A stretch of 64,000 bases of DNA from an uncultured Bdellovibrionales bacterium (lineage in GTDB: Bacteria > Patescibacteriota > Minisyncoccia > Moranbacterales > DUUL01): positions 5,779-69,778 of the forward strand of contig CAYQVD010000003.1 of the NCBI GenBank assembly GCA_964421125.1, given 5' to 3'. Within the stretch, counting starts at the first letter, position 1, and every line of letters starts with the position of its first letter. A program made the translations under genes and the position numbers. This document shows positions 20,394-29,830 of this stretch, in pieces. The notes under the pieces were generated by a model. It was not told the DNA's origin, ran no database searches, and was given only the letters and a program-made list of their open reading frames with translations.

Positions 20394-21143
20394 CTAAGGG
20401 AATCTAAAAGCAAAAAGGGAGTCTTTGAAATCTTTTTTTTCTATTAAATCTCTAAGATTTCCTGACCATTCTTTGATCCATTTTTTTAACCATTGTGAGG
20501 AATCAGGATCATAATATTGTTGTCTGAATCCTAAAAGGATAGAGCGCTCGGATGTTCTTACTTGAATTGTTCGAAGTATAAGTTCTGCTCGATTGCGAGT
20601 ATACTTCAAATAAGGAATTTCAGAGGAGCGGTCTTTAATTATATGATTTTCTATTTCTTTATCTGAAGAGGTTGTGTCTGTATAGAAAATCATACATTCT
20701 GGCTTATTTCCTAATCTAGGAATCGCAAGAAATTTCAGAGTTTCAGGTGATAATTCACGGAGTTCTTCAAAGGACATATCAGGAGAATTATCTAGCTTAA
20801 TAAATTTAGAAAAATTTTCCATGGCTTTATAAGGGAGCAATTTTTCCTTATATTTTGATATTTCTTGTTGAAGAAATTCCTGTTTCTTTTCCCCTGTTTC
20901 AATCTGCAGTTGCATGAACATGTTCATGCTAAATACAAGAAGAGCAAGGAATGCAAATGAAGGGACTGCAATACAGCTGATGGTCATTGTTTTATCAATT
21001 TTGATTTTCGATGCTCCATTTTTATGAGCATCAGCAGTTCTTTGGTGTATTATCACCATTAAGATTAACACCATAATTCCAATTAAGGCTATGGCAATCT
21101 CAATAATGGGAACTAATGTATCAGTGAAAATCGTCATTGTCAT
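20394..21143 (-). CDS. Hypothetical membrane-anchored protein (2 N-terminal TM helices + ~170-aa soluble domain)
   Basis: Long ORF with a good SD (gagaaggagag) and hydrophobic N-terminus; no recognisable family. One of only a few minus-strand genes. Confidence 0.4.
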   Translation of the reverse strand: MTMTIFTDTLVPIIEIAIALIGIMVLILMVIIHQRTADAHKNGASKIKIDKTMTISCIAVPSFAFLALLVFSMNMFMQLQIETGEKKQEFLQQEISKYKEKLLPYKAMENFSKFIKLDNSPDMSFEELRELSPETLKFLAIPRLGNKPECMIFYTDTTSSDKEIENHIIKDRSSEIPYLKYTRNRAELILRTIQVRTSERSILLGFRQQYYDPDSSQWLKKWIKEWSGNLRDLIEKKDFKDSLFAFRFP

Positions 21144-21242
21144 GAGAATCTCTCCTTCTCTTTTTTAGTTTAAGTTTTTAAGGTTACTTCATTTAGAAAA
21201 ATAATTTTATCATAAAAACAGTGAAATGTCAAGCGGTGGGGC

Positions 21243-21270
21243 TTGACAAATTTTGTGGGTATGCTATAAA
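21243..21270 (+). promoter_or_regulatory. Strong sigma70-type promoter P1: GGGGC-TTGACA-16-TGcTATAAA (extended -10)
   Basis: Consensus -35, extended -10 and 16-bp spacer. The same GGGGCTTGACAA box recurs at 39554 and in related form at 59869. Confidence 0.6.
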
Positions 21271-21288
21271 GATACTTAAAGTTATTTG

Positions 21289-21504
21289 AAAAATTTTGTT
21301 GTTCCGGGTCGAAGTCTGCGTCATTTCAGGAAAGGTTTTTCCTGAGGCGTTGGATTTACTCGGTTTTAATGGGCGCTTGAGTTGGGAATTTCCCGTTGCC
21401 TGAACTGGACTATTCCCGTTGTTGGTTTCATTGGGAACCTCGGGATATGTATCCACATCGGCGTTTTATGGGATTTTCCTGACTCAAGTTTTTTGGTAAG
21501 TGAA
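21289..21504 (+). ncRNA. Candidate structured non-coding RNA or cis-regulatory leader immediately downstream of P1
   Basis: GC content far above the local background and no ORF. Contains hairpins caggaaaGGTTtttcctg and ggatatgtatcc, a long-range stem cttgagt(21376)/actcaag(21492), and a closing U-run. Confidence 0.35.
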
Positions 21505-21964
21505 TTTTTTAACGAAGGAGGAATGTTTTATGAGTGTTTTTAAAAAAACCATCATAGGAACGGGAGAAAAAAATTATTTTTAAATGATAACCCGGCGGCG
21601 ACCCATGATCGCGGTGGTGGCAGTGGATCCAATCTTATTATTATAAAATAGATTCTGGAATCCGGCCGACGCGCCTGTGATTTGGCCGCGACATAATAAC
21701 TTCAAGGATTGTTAATTTTTGAGAACTTTCACTGTCGCTGGCAAACTCAATGTTTTTGTGACGGAGATAAGAATGAGGTGAATTTAATTTCAGAGTTTGA
21801 TTCATAAATTTTTATTGTCGAAGTCGCAAAAGCAATCAATACCACTGAATATTATTCAGGGGAACTCATTTTAAAAAAGAAAAACCTTTACTGCATTTAA
21901 TTTTGTAGTAAAGGTTTTTATTTTAAATTGATATTTTAATAACATTTAAAGGAAAGGAGAGCGA

Positions 21965-22135
21965 ATGAAGAAAATATCTGGTGTTAATAATGCTGAGGAA
22001 GAGAGAACTATTGATATTGGAATAACAGTTGAAACCAAGGTGCCAGGACTTATTCCTCCTGAGCATGTAAACAGGGTTGGATTTATGATCGTAGGGTTTT
22101 TTCGAGCTTGCACCTTGGGTCTTAAGGACAGGTAA
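21965..22135 (+). CDS. Small ORF (56 aa, MKKISGVNNAEEERTIDIGITVETKVPGLIPPEHVNRVGFMIVGFFRACTLGLKDR) with SD aaaggagag; below the ORF-track size cutoff
   Basis: Good RBS spacing; followed directly by a perfect terminator. Function unknown. Confidence 0.35.
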   Translation: MKKISGVNNAEEERTIDIGITVETKVPGLIPPEHVNRVGFMIVGFFRACTLGLKDR

Positions 22136-22150
22136 AAAAATAAACGAACA

Positions 22151-22190
22151 CCCGGAAGCTCAGTGAAGCTTCCGGGAGTTTTTTTATTTT
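22151..22190 (+). terminator. Rho-independent terminator (cccggaagct-cagtga-agcttccggg + TTTTTTTATTTT)
   Basis: Perfect 10-bp GC-rich stem with a U-tract. Confidence 0.8.
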
Positions 22191-22420
22191 AAAAGGAGAT
22201 ATGCTTATTTTATAGAAGATGCGTCATGGGGATTTTTCTAAAAAATAAAGTAAAACAGGAGTAAAAGTTCAAGTTTAGAATGCACCACTTTTAAATATTT
22301 CATTAGGAGTTGAATATTTCTTTTTAAGTCTTTGTTTTGTTTAAAACAAGGGTTTTAAAAGGGAAGGGTTCCCTTATTATATTTATTCTTTGAAAATTTT
22401 TTGGAAAGGGAGAATTTAAG

Positions 22421-23098
22421 ATGAAAAACGTATTATCTTTTGTTTTGGCTATCGTTGCTTCTTTAGTATTGACTGGAAGTTCTTTTGCTCAGGAAAATGC
22501 TACAGAGAAGCCGCCTGTATATGAAGCTGCTGAATTACTCATTAAGCCCGCTGTTTCATATGAAAAAATGAAAGAGGCTTACGGAGATGCTGTTATCTGG
22601 GAAAAAGATGATTTTCATTTTTTTCCTCGTGTTGAACTTCGATCTGGGGACGTTCTTTTGATTGATGGTAGACATGATAATATCAATAAAAATGCTTTCA
22701 TGGATGGACGTGTGGACTTGGTGATTGTTCAGAAGGGTGATAAAACTGTTAGAGAGGAATATCTCATAAATTGTCCATATGACAATTACTTTAAGGTTAA
22801 AGTTGATAAATTAATCGAGAAGTATATTGAGATGGCCCAAAAAGCTTTTCTTGCCAAGGACGCTTTTGTGGAAAAGGGTATTTTTAAGGGAAATCTTAAT
22901 CACTTAGGGTATTCTCTTATAATAGCTGAGGAAGGAATTGCGTTTACAGTTGTAGGCGAAACCAGTAAAAACCTGATTTCAATTACAATAAGTGATTCTA
23001 ATTATAAAATTGAAAAAAAATTCCTCGACCTTGGAGCGGTCGTGGAAAAGGAGATATTCCAATCTGAAATGGATAAACTGCTTGGTGAGCAGTTGTAA
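22421..23098 (+). CDS. Secreted hypothetical protein (signal peptide MKNVLSFVLAIVASLVLTGSSFAQE)
   Basis: Sec-type signal peptide with AQE cleavage region; SD aaagggagaa; no recognisable family. Confidence 0.5.
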   Translation: MKNVLSFVLAIVASLVLTGSSFAQENATEKPPVYEAAELLIKPAVSYEKMKEAYGDAVIWEKDDFHFFPRVELRSGDVLLIDGRHDNINKNAFMDGRVDLVIVQKGDKTVREEYLINCPYDNYFKVKVDKLIEKYIEMAQKAFLAKDAFVEKGIFKGNLNHLGYSLIIAEEGIAFTVVGETSKNLISITISDSNYKIEKKFLDLGAVVEKEIFQSEMDKLLGEQL

Positions 23099-23260
23099 TA
23101 ATTTTTTATCAATCAGTTTCAAAACTAATAATCGTTTTACTCATAATAGGTAAAGCGGTTATTTTTTTACAATAAATATTTTTTAAGAAGTTTTTTTGTT
23201 TTAAACGGTGTTTATGATATAATCAACGCAGAACTAAATAATCAAACAATAATAAAAAGC

Positions 23261-24388
23261 ATGAAGAAAGTTGCCTTGGTGCATGATTTTTTGACTTCGT
23301 ATGGGGGAGCGGAAAGTGTCTTGAAAGAATTTGGTGAAATGTATCCGGATGCTCCGGTTTATACAATGATTCAGGATAAAAAAGTGTTGGATGAATTTGG
23401 AGAAAATTGGTTTTCAAAAAGAGGACTAGAGACGTCTTTTCTTCAAAAAGCTCCAAAGTTTTTCAAGAAACGAAAAAAGTTTCTTTTACCGTTTATGACA
23501 GTAGCGCCGGAGACCTATAATCTTCGTGATTTTGATTTAGTGATTTCTTCTTCTGGAGCTTTTTCTAAGGGTATTGTTGTGAAACCAAAAACGATTCATG
23601 TTTGCTATATGCATTCTCCAATGCGTTATGTTTGGGATTGGTATCATGATTATTTAGAAGAAAATAAATTGAAAGGTAAAATAAAATTTTTTACTCGATT
23701 TGTTTTGAACTATGTGAGAATGTGGGATCGATCTAGTGCGCAAAGACCAGATTTTTTAATTGCAAATTCGAATTATACTGCTCGAAGAATTAAAAAATAT
23801 TATAGACGTGATTCAAAAGTGATTTATCCACCAGTTGAAATTAATGATATCAAGCCTCAAAAAGAAAATAAGGGATATTTTATGTTAGTGGCACGACTTT
23901 CTCCTTATAAAAGAATTGATGTGGTTATTAGGGCTTTTCAAAAACTCGATTTACCACTTGTGATTGTTGGTGAAGGAGGGCAAAGAAAAGAATTGGAGGA
24001 GTTAATTGTTCAAGGAAAAAATTTTAAAATAAAGCTAGTTGGATGGAAGAAGCGAGAAGAATTAGTAAAATTATATCAAAATGCTCGAGCATTTGTTTTT
24101 GCGGCTGAAGAAGATTTTGGAATTGTAGCAGTTGAAGCAATGGCAGGTGGAAAACCAGTATTGGCTTTGAAACGAGGAGGACTGAAGGAGATCGTGAAGG
24201 AGAATGTATCAGGATTGTTTTTTGATGAGCCGGTAATGGAACTTGTTGCAGATGCAGTTCGAAGATTTATTAATAAGGAAAAAGAATTTGATTTTGAAAT
24301 GATCAGGAAAGAGTCGGAGAAGTTTTCTGTTGAGAGATTTAGGAGGGAGTTTCATGAATATGTGAACGAAGTAACTGGTAATTTGTAA
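23261..24388 (+). CDS. GT4-family glycosyltransferase
   Basis: N-terminal VALVHDFLTSYGGAESV and C-terminal EDFGIVAVEAMAGGKPVLAL motifs of group-1 glycosyltransferases. Confidence 0.75.
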   Translation: MKKVALVHDFLTSYGGAESVLKEFGEMYPDAPVYTMIQDKKVLDEFGENWFSKRGLETSFLQKAPKFFKKRKKFLLPFMTVAPETYNLRDFDLVISSSGAFSKGIVVKPKTIHVCYMHSPMRYVWDWYHDYLEENKLKGKIKFFTRFVLNYVRMWDRSSAQRPDFLIANSNYTARRIKKYYRRDSKVIYPPVEINDIKPQKENKGYFMLVARLSPYKRIDVVIRAFQKLDLPLVIVGEGGQRKELEELIVQGKNFKIKLVGWKKREELVKLYQNARAFVFAAEEDFGIVAVEAMAGGKPVLALKRGGLKEIVKENVSGLFFDEPVMELVADAVRRFINKEKEFDFEMIRKESEKFSVERFRREFHEYVNEVTGNL

Positions 24389-24407
24389 TTTGAGGATAAG
24401 AGGTTGA

Positions 24408-24477
24408 ACTGTAGGTGATACGTTTTCTCGCAAAACTTCATAGGAATGTCATACTGCTCGAAAATGTATCACCTACA
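24408..24477 (+). repeat. Family B structured repeat, copy B3 (perfect 19-bp terminal inverted repeats ctgtaggtgatacgttttc / gaaaatgtatcacctacag around the conserved core TTTTCTCGCAA...CTCGAAAAT)
   Basis: See the family B finding; other copies at 763-846 (reverse orientation), 12470-12587, 26790-26924 and 31811-31894. Confidence 0.6.
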
Positions 24478-24590
24478 GTTCACTAAGTTTTTAATAAACA
24501 TGGAATAATACCAATGGATTTTCGCTGGAGTTTATCTGATTTGGGCGGGCAGGAATAATAAGAGTATTTCTGATATAATAAAGTAATAAA

Positions 24591-24623
24591 ACTAATGGAT
24601 TCCTGCCTTTGCAGGAATGACAG
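24591..24623 (+). repeat. Family A hairpin repeat, copy A3 (ctaATGGATTCCTGC-cttt-GCAGGAATGACAgg); a degenerate copy A2 lies at 24511-24562
   Basis: See the family A finding; other copies at 666-757, 31096-31161, 36966-36998, 37137-37170, 44880-44946, 52184-52214 and 59795-59858. Confidence 0.6.
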
Positions 24624-24633
24624 GGGTGATTTT

Positions 24634-25566
24634 ATGAAAGAATTAGGTTTAAGGGAGAAAATGTATCCAGCTTCTTGGAAGCAACTAAAAAAAGGCGCTC
24701 AGAATGAGAAAATTGTCCATGCTTTTTTGTTTTGCGGACCAGGATTTACTGGTAAAAATGACATGGCACTTGATTTAGTAGCTGTTCTTAATGGTATTGA
24801 CGTTGAGGCAAATCGGGATAAGGTTTTGAATAATGGATTTCCTGATATTGTAATTATTCGACCTGATGAAGAGATGAAGAAAAAAGAAATTGGAGTTGAT
24901 CAAATTAAGGATGTAATTAAGAAGATTGGATATTATGCCTATGATCAGAAATACAAAGTATTAATTGTTTTTAATGCTGATTTGATGAACAAGTCAGCTG
25001 GAAATAGCCTTCTGAAAACTCTTGAAGAGCCACCAGAAAAAACTATTATTATTCTTATTGCTAATCGAGAGGAGCGAATTTTAACAACTATTCGGTCTCG
25101 ATGTCAGAGAGTTTACTTTGGTCTTAAGAGAAATGAAGAAGTGAAAAATTATCTTAAAGAAAATGAAAGAATTGATTTGCCAGAGGGGTCACTGAATCAA
25201 ATTGTAGAAATTTCTCATGGGAAATATAAGTTAGCAGAGAACTTAGCATTGAGTCCAGATCTATTGGATGAAAAAAGGGAGCGAATTGAAAAGTTTCGAA
25301 AAGCTCTTAAGGGTGGAATCTCGGAGACTTTTGATTTCATTGAACAAGAAACAAAAGATGGAAAGGTTGATAGTGAGGTGCTTGAAGATTGGCTTTATTT
25401 TCTTCATGCTTTTATTAAGGAAAGCATTAAGGAGGATCGGCCGGCTCAAATGGTTGAGAAAGTTTTTGAGATGGAAAAGAGTTTAATAGAAGTTAAAAAT
25501 AAGATAGAAAATAGCAATGCTAGTCCAAGAACTTTGTTAGAGAATTATTTTGTGCAGTTAATTTGA
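24634..25566 (+). CDS. holB: DNA polymerase III delta-prime subunit (start moved to the ATG at 24634; the longer ORF would translate the family A hairpin)
   Basis: AAA+ Walker A-like FLFCGPGFTGKNDMALD and clamp-loader SRC-like LLKTLEEPPEKTIIILIA...TIRSRCQ. Confidence 0.75.
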   Translation: MKELGLREKMYPASWKQLKKGAQNEKIVHAFLFCGPGFTGKNDMALDLVAVLNGIDVEANRDKVLNNGFPDIVIIRPDEEMKKKEIGVDQIKDVIKKIGYYAYDQKYKVLIVFNADLMNKSAGNSLLKTLEEPPEKTIIILIANREERILTTIRSRCQRVYFGLKRNEEVKNYLKENERIDLPEGSLNQIVEISHGKYKLAENLALSPDLLDEKRERIEKFRKALKGGISETFDFIEQETKDGKVDSEVLEDWLYFLHAFIKESIKEDRPAQMVEKVFEMEKSLIEVKNKIENSNASPRTLLENYFVQLI

Positions 25567-25585
25567 TAGAGTATAAAAACAAAAA

Positions 25586-26746
25586 ATGAAAACTTTTTTT
25601 TCATATTTAATAAAATTTTTATTATTTTTGTTGGTGCTTGTTTGTATTGGAGGAGTTCTTTTCCTTGGAAGAGGATTCTATTTAAAAGAAAAAAATACTG
25701 ATATTAAAATTTCAGTTGAAGGAAGATATACAGAAGAACTGATGGTTTCTAAGGGAGATGCTTTGGTAATTCAATTTTCTGGGTCAGTTTTGCAAGAAAG
25801 CGTTGAACAAAATTTTGAATTTAATGATAATTTGAAAATAGAAACAGATTGGAGAGGAAGGAGATATTTCCGAATTGAAATTGATGAATATCCAGCTCCA
25901 GGAGAAAAGTATTATATATCAATAAAAAATATTAGAACAAAATGGTATATTCCATTAGAAAAGCAGGTTGACTTCTATTTTTCTGCGGTTACTGCACCTG
26001 AGATTGAAGAAATTGAACCAAGGAATGAACAAGGTGATGTGGATTACAATTCATCGATTAAGATTGATTTTAATGGGAGAATGGGAGAGGAATATTTTTT
26101 AGAATTTAAGAGTGAGCCAAAAATTAGTTTTGATTATACGATAGCTAATGATAGGTCGAGTCTTGAAATTACTCCGCTAGAAGATTTTCAGAAAAATACT
26201 AAATATAATATTGATATTGCTGTTCGACATCGTGCTTTCGATGATTTTGAAAAAGAGATTTATAGTGGGTTTTTTGTGACACAAAGACCTCCGGAAATTG
26301 TATATAATTTTGATAAGAATGGAGATTCATTGAAAACCGAAGAGAGAGAAGAAAATATTGAGCCTCAGATATTAGAAGGGCGATATATTGATATCGATAT
26401 TTCATCTCAGGCACTTTTTATTTTTGAGAATGGTTTTGAAAAAGGAGCTTTCAAAGTTTCAACTGGGATTCGTGGGATGGATACACCGATTGGAACATTT
26501 GAAGTAATGGGGAAATCAACAAGACCGTGGTCGCAAAAATATTCTTTGTATATGCCATGGTTTATTCAATTCACAAGAGAAGGGCATGGAATTCATGAGT
26601 TGCCTGAATGGCCAGGAGGAGTGAAAGAGGGAACTCATCATCTTGGAATTCCAGTTTCTCATGGTTGTGTGAGACTAGGGGTTGGCCCAGCAAAAGTTGT
26701 TTATGATTTTGTTGAGAATGGAACTCCTGTTGTGATTCATAGGTAA
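25586..26746 (+). CDS. L,D-transpeptidase (YkuD domain) with an N-terminal TM anchor
   Basis: C-terminal catalytic signature GTHHLGIPVSHGCVRL (His/Cys dyad). Confidence 0.75.
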   Translation: MKTFFSYLIKFLLFLLVLVCIGGVLFLGRGFYLKEKNTDIKISVEGRYTEELMVSKGDALVIQFSGSVLQESVEQNFEFNDNLKIETDWRGRRYFRIEIDEYPAPGEKYYISIKNIRTKWYIPLEKQVDFYFSAVTAPEIEEIEPRNEQGDVDYNSSIKIDFNGRMGEEYFLEFKSEPKISFDYTIANDRSSLEITPLEDFQKNTKYNIDIAVRHRAFDDFEKEIYSGFFVTQRPPEIVYNFDKNGDSLKTEEREENIEPQILEGRYIDIDISSQALFIFENGFEKGAFKVSTGIRGMDTPIGTFEVMGKSTRPWSQKYSLYMPWFIQFTREGHGIHELPEWPGGVKEGTHHLGIPVSHGCVRLGVGPAKVVYDFVENGTPVVIHR

Positions 26747-26949
26747 TGTGAATTTTCAGTTCTTAATTTTCAATTAAGACTAAGATATAGATAACATATT
26801 TTCTCGCAACGCCATCAGAATGGCCTGCCTCGACGGCAAGGCGGGCGAGATCCTCGAAAATACATTCGTTATATTCTAAAATGAAAGAAGTTTTAAGGGT
26901 CTCGAAAATGTATTATTCAAAATTTTATGGTTTTAAATAATGAAATTTT

Positions 26950-29697
26950 ATGAAAGATAAGAAACAGAAGGAAACTTTAGTGTTGTTGGACTCGAATGCT
27001 TTGATTCATCGTGCGTTTCATGCATTGCCACCACTTACAAACAAGGAAGGTCAATTGACGAATGCTGTTTATGGTTATGCGCTGACTCTCTTTAGTGTTT
27101 TGGAGAAAGTGAAGCCGGAATATATTGTGGCGACTTTTGATTTGAAAGGTCCAACTTTTCGACATGAGCAATATAAGGAATATAAGGCGACAAGAAAAAA
27201 AGCTCCAGATGAACTCTATGCACAGATTCCTCTCGTGAAGGAAATGCTTCAAGCTTTTAGTATTCCTATTTATGAGAAAAAGGGTTTTGAGGCTGACGAT
27301 GTTATTGGAACAATTGTTAGAGATAAAAATATAAATGGTGAAATAGAAAAAATGATTGTGACAGGGGATATGGATGCATTGCAACTTGTTGATGAAAACA
27401 CAAAAGTTTTTACGCTTCGAAAGGGAATCACTGATACGGTTATTTATGATATTGACCGAGTGAGGGATCGATATAATCTTTCCCCTCTTCAGATTATTGA
27501 TTATAAATCTTTAAAGGGTGATGTTTCTGATAATATCCCTGGAGTTAAGGGAGTTGGTGATAAGACTGCGACTGATTTATTGCTTGAATATGAAACACTG
27601 GATGGGATTTATGAAAATCTTGATAAAATTAAAGAAACGGTCAAAAAGAAACTTGAAGTGGATAAAGAAAATGCTTTCATGAGTTATAAATTGGCTACAA
27701 TCAACACTGAGGTACTAATTGATTTTAGTCTTAATGAATGTGAGGCAAAGGATTATGATAAGGAGAAATTGGTCAACTTTTTGAGAAAAATGGGATTTCA
27801 CACACTAATTAGTAGGCATTTTCCTGATTTTCAGGCAAGTGAGGATGATTTGGGAGTAAAAAAGGCTACTGAAATGTCAGAGGTGGATGTAATTAAGGAT
27901 GAAAAGGCATTTTCAAATGTTTCGAAACTTTTAGAAAGGGCTGATAAAATAAGCATTTATGGACTTGGAAGTGATGAAAATTGCTATATTTCAGAATTAT
28001 TGGGTATTGGATTAGCGATATTTAAAAAGAAGAAAATAAAGCTCTTTTTTGTTGAAAGTGGGCTTATTGAAAATTTATTGAAATTCTTGAAAGATGAGAA
28101 AGTTGAAATTGTTGGATATGACATGAAAAAAGACTTTCAATTGCTTAAAAAAGCCTTCCCAGAAGGAGTTTTCGGAAAGTTTGGCAAAATATTTGATGTG
28201 CAAATTGCGGTCTATTTATTGAGTTCTGGGGCAGGTAATGAGATTGAAAAGCTTGTGATGGAAGAGTTTGGCCAAAATTTAAAGCATAAAACCACTAAAA
28301 ATGGACAAGCAAGCTTTTTGGATGATAATTCAGAGAATAAGAAAAAAGAGACGGCCGAAATAGCTGGTTGGTCAATGGTGCTAGCTGAAATATATTCAAA
28401 GAAACTTCAGGAAATTGAAAAGAGCCAAGAGAAAGAGAATTCTTCAGTTGGCGAAGGAGACAAGAAAAATATTTTAGGAATTTTTGAGTTACTTGAACTT
28501 CCCCTCGTGAAAATTTTAGCTGATATGGAAATGTCAGGTATGCAAGTGGATAAAAATGTTTTGAAAAATGTTTCCGATCTAGCTCAGAAAGAAATTGGAA
28601 AACTTGAGAAAAATATTCATGAAATGGCTGGAGAAAATTTTAATATTAACTCCCCAGGTCAATTGGCAAATATTCTTTATGAAAAATTGAAGATTTCAAC
28701 TATTGGAATTAAAAAAGGGAAAACTGGATTTTCAACTAATGCAGAACAACTTAAAAAACTTTTTGAGCTTCATCCGATTATTCCTGAAGTTGAAAGTTAT
28801 CGAGAACTTTTTAAATTGAAAAGTACCTATGCAGATGCTTTGCCAAAATTGATTACAGAAGATGGAAGAATTCATGCCAAATTTAATCAGGCTGTCACAG
28901 CTACTGGAAGACTTTCTTCTTCTGATCCAAATCTTCAAAATATTCCAAAGCGAGGTTCTTTAGCGAAAGAAATTCGAAAAGCTTTTGTGGCGGAAGAAGG
29001 AAAAGTTTTGTTGGCACTCGATTATTCTCAGATTGACTTGAGAGCAGCAGCTCATCTTTCCAATGACAAAAAAATGATTGAAATTTTTCAAAAGGGGCGA
29101 GATATTCATCGATCCACTTCAGCTTGGGTTAATAAAGTTGACGAAGAAAAAGTGACGCCAGAACAGAGAAGTGAAGCGAAGTCTTTGAATTTTGGAGTGC
29201 TTTATGGGATGGGAATTTATGGCTTTATGCGAGACAGTGGAGTTTCGAGAGATCGAGCAAGTTTTTTTATCGAAAAATACATGGAGACTTTTTCAGGCCT
29301 TAAAGACTATCTTGAAAAAACTAAAGAATTTGCTCGAAAATTTGGATATGTTGAAACAGAATTAGGAAGAAGACGTTATATTCCAAATATCAATAATTCA
29401 AATCACATGGTGAAAAATGCAGCAGAACGGGTGGCAATTAATCTCCCGGTTCAAGGACTTTCTGCTGACATCATGAAGTTGGCGATGATCAAAGTTGATG
29501 AAGCAATTTCAGAGGGGCTTGCTAAAAAAGAAATTGCTTTGGTTTTGCAGGTGCACGATGAATTGATTTTTGAAGTGGATAAAAAGAAAGCGGACGAATA
29601 TGAAAAGAAAATTAAAGAAGTGATGGAGGGTGTTTATGAATTGAAAGTTCCGCTTGTAGTGGAAAGTTCAATAGCAGGGAATTGGAGTGAGATTTGA
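26950..29697 (+). CDS. polA: DNA polymerase I
   Basis: 5-prime nuclease domain (GDMDALQL, Hhh); degenerate 3-5 exo region (no DxE); polymerase motif A (LLALDYSQIDLR), motif B (RRSEAKSLNFGVLYG) and motif C (VLQVHDELIFE); TGA stop. Confidence 0.9.
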   Translation: MKDKKQKETLVLLDSNALIHRAFHALPPLTNKEGQLTNAVYGYALTLFSVLEKVKPEYIVATFDLKGPTFRHEQYKEYKATRKKAPDELYAQIPLVKEMLQAFSIPIYEKKGFEADDVIGTIVRDKNINGEIEKMIVTGDMDALQLVDENTKVFTLRKGITDTVIYDIDRVRDRYNLSPLQIIDYKSLKGDVSDNIPGVKGVGDKTATDLLLEYETLDGIYENLDKIKETVKKKLEVDKENAFMSYKLATINTEVLIDFSLNECEAKDYDKEKLVNFLRKMGFHTLISRHFPDFQASEDDLGVKKATEMSEVDVIKDEKAFSNVSKLLERADKISIYGLGSDENCYISELLGIGLAIFKKKKIKLFFVESGLIENLLKFLKDEKVEIVGYDMKKDFQLLKKAFPEGVFGKFGKIFDVQIAVYLLSSGAGNEIEKLVMEEFGQNLKHKTTKNGQASFLDDNSENKKKETAEIAGWSMVLAEIYSKKLQEIEKSQEKENSSVGEGDKKNILGIFELLELPLVKILADMEMSGMQVDKNVLKNVSDLAQKEIGKLEKNIHEMAGENFNINSPGQLANILYEKLKISTIGIKKGKTGFSTNAEQLKKLFELHPIIPEVESYRELFKLKSTYADALPKLITEDGRIHAKFNQAVTATGRLSSSDPNLQNIPKRGSLAKEIRKAFVAEEGKVLLALDYSQIDLRAAAHLSNDKKMIEIFQKGRDIHRSTSAWVNKVDEEKVTPEQRSEAKSLNFGVLYGMGIYGFMRDSGVSRDRASFFIEKYMETFSGLKDYLEKTKEFARKFGYVETELGRRRYIPNINNSNHMVKNAAERVAINLPVQGLSADIMKLAMIKVDEAISEGLAKKEIALVLQVHDELIFEVDKKKADEYEKKIKEVMEGVYELKVPLVVESSIAGNWSEI

Positions 29698-29764
29698 TTT
29701 AGTTTTTTTGGGGGTAGAATTTCTTGTAATTAGTAATTTGTGAATAGGTACTTTAGATAGAAAA

Positions 29765-29803
29765 GAAAAAAGCCAGTCGCGTTTTAGCGATTGGCTTTTT
29801 TTG
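29765..29803. terminator. Bidirectional Rho-independent terminator (aagccagtcgc / gcgattggctt, A-run 5-prime and T-run 3-prime)
   Basis: Hairpin between convergent polA (+) and the 29831..30889 (-) gene. Confidence 0.7.
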
Positions 29804-29830
29804 ATTTTAAATTGATGATAATATTATATT

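Noticed and set aside
21229-21456. Minus-strand ORF (75 aa) across the GC-rich block
   Set aside because: Low-complexity translation, no SD. It overlaps a region better explained as structured RNA downstream of promoter P1.
21640-21700. tmRNA, because of GAUUCUGGAAUCCGGCCGAC (similar to the E. coli tmRNA 5-prime GAUUCUGGAUUCGACGGG)
   Set aside because: There is no GGGG 5-prime acceptor strand and no T-arm/CCA-like 3-prime end nearby. I could not build the tRNA-like domain by eye; left as an open question under the island finding.
24591-24623. Sigma-54 promoter, because family A elements contain TGG...TTGCA
   Set aside because: GG-to-GC spacing is inconsistent between copies (10-12 nt). The stems covary, which indicates a hairpin. 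Reduced genomes of this type generally lack rpoN.
24595-24633. N-terminal 13 codons of the ORF-track holB (MDSCLCRNDRGDF)
   Set aside because: These codons translate the family A hairpin. An ATG with SD (aggggtga) at 24634 gives a conventional HolB N-terminus.
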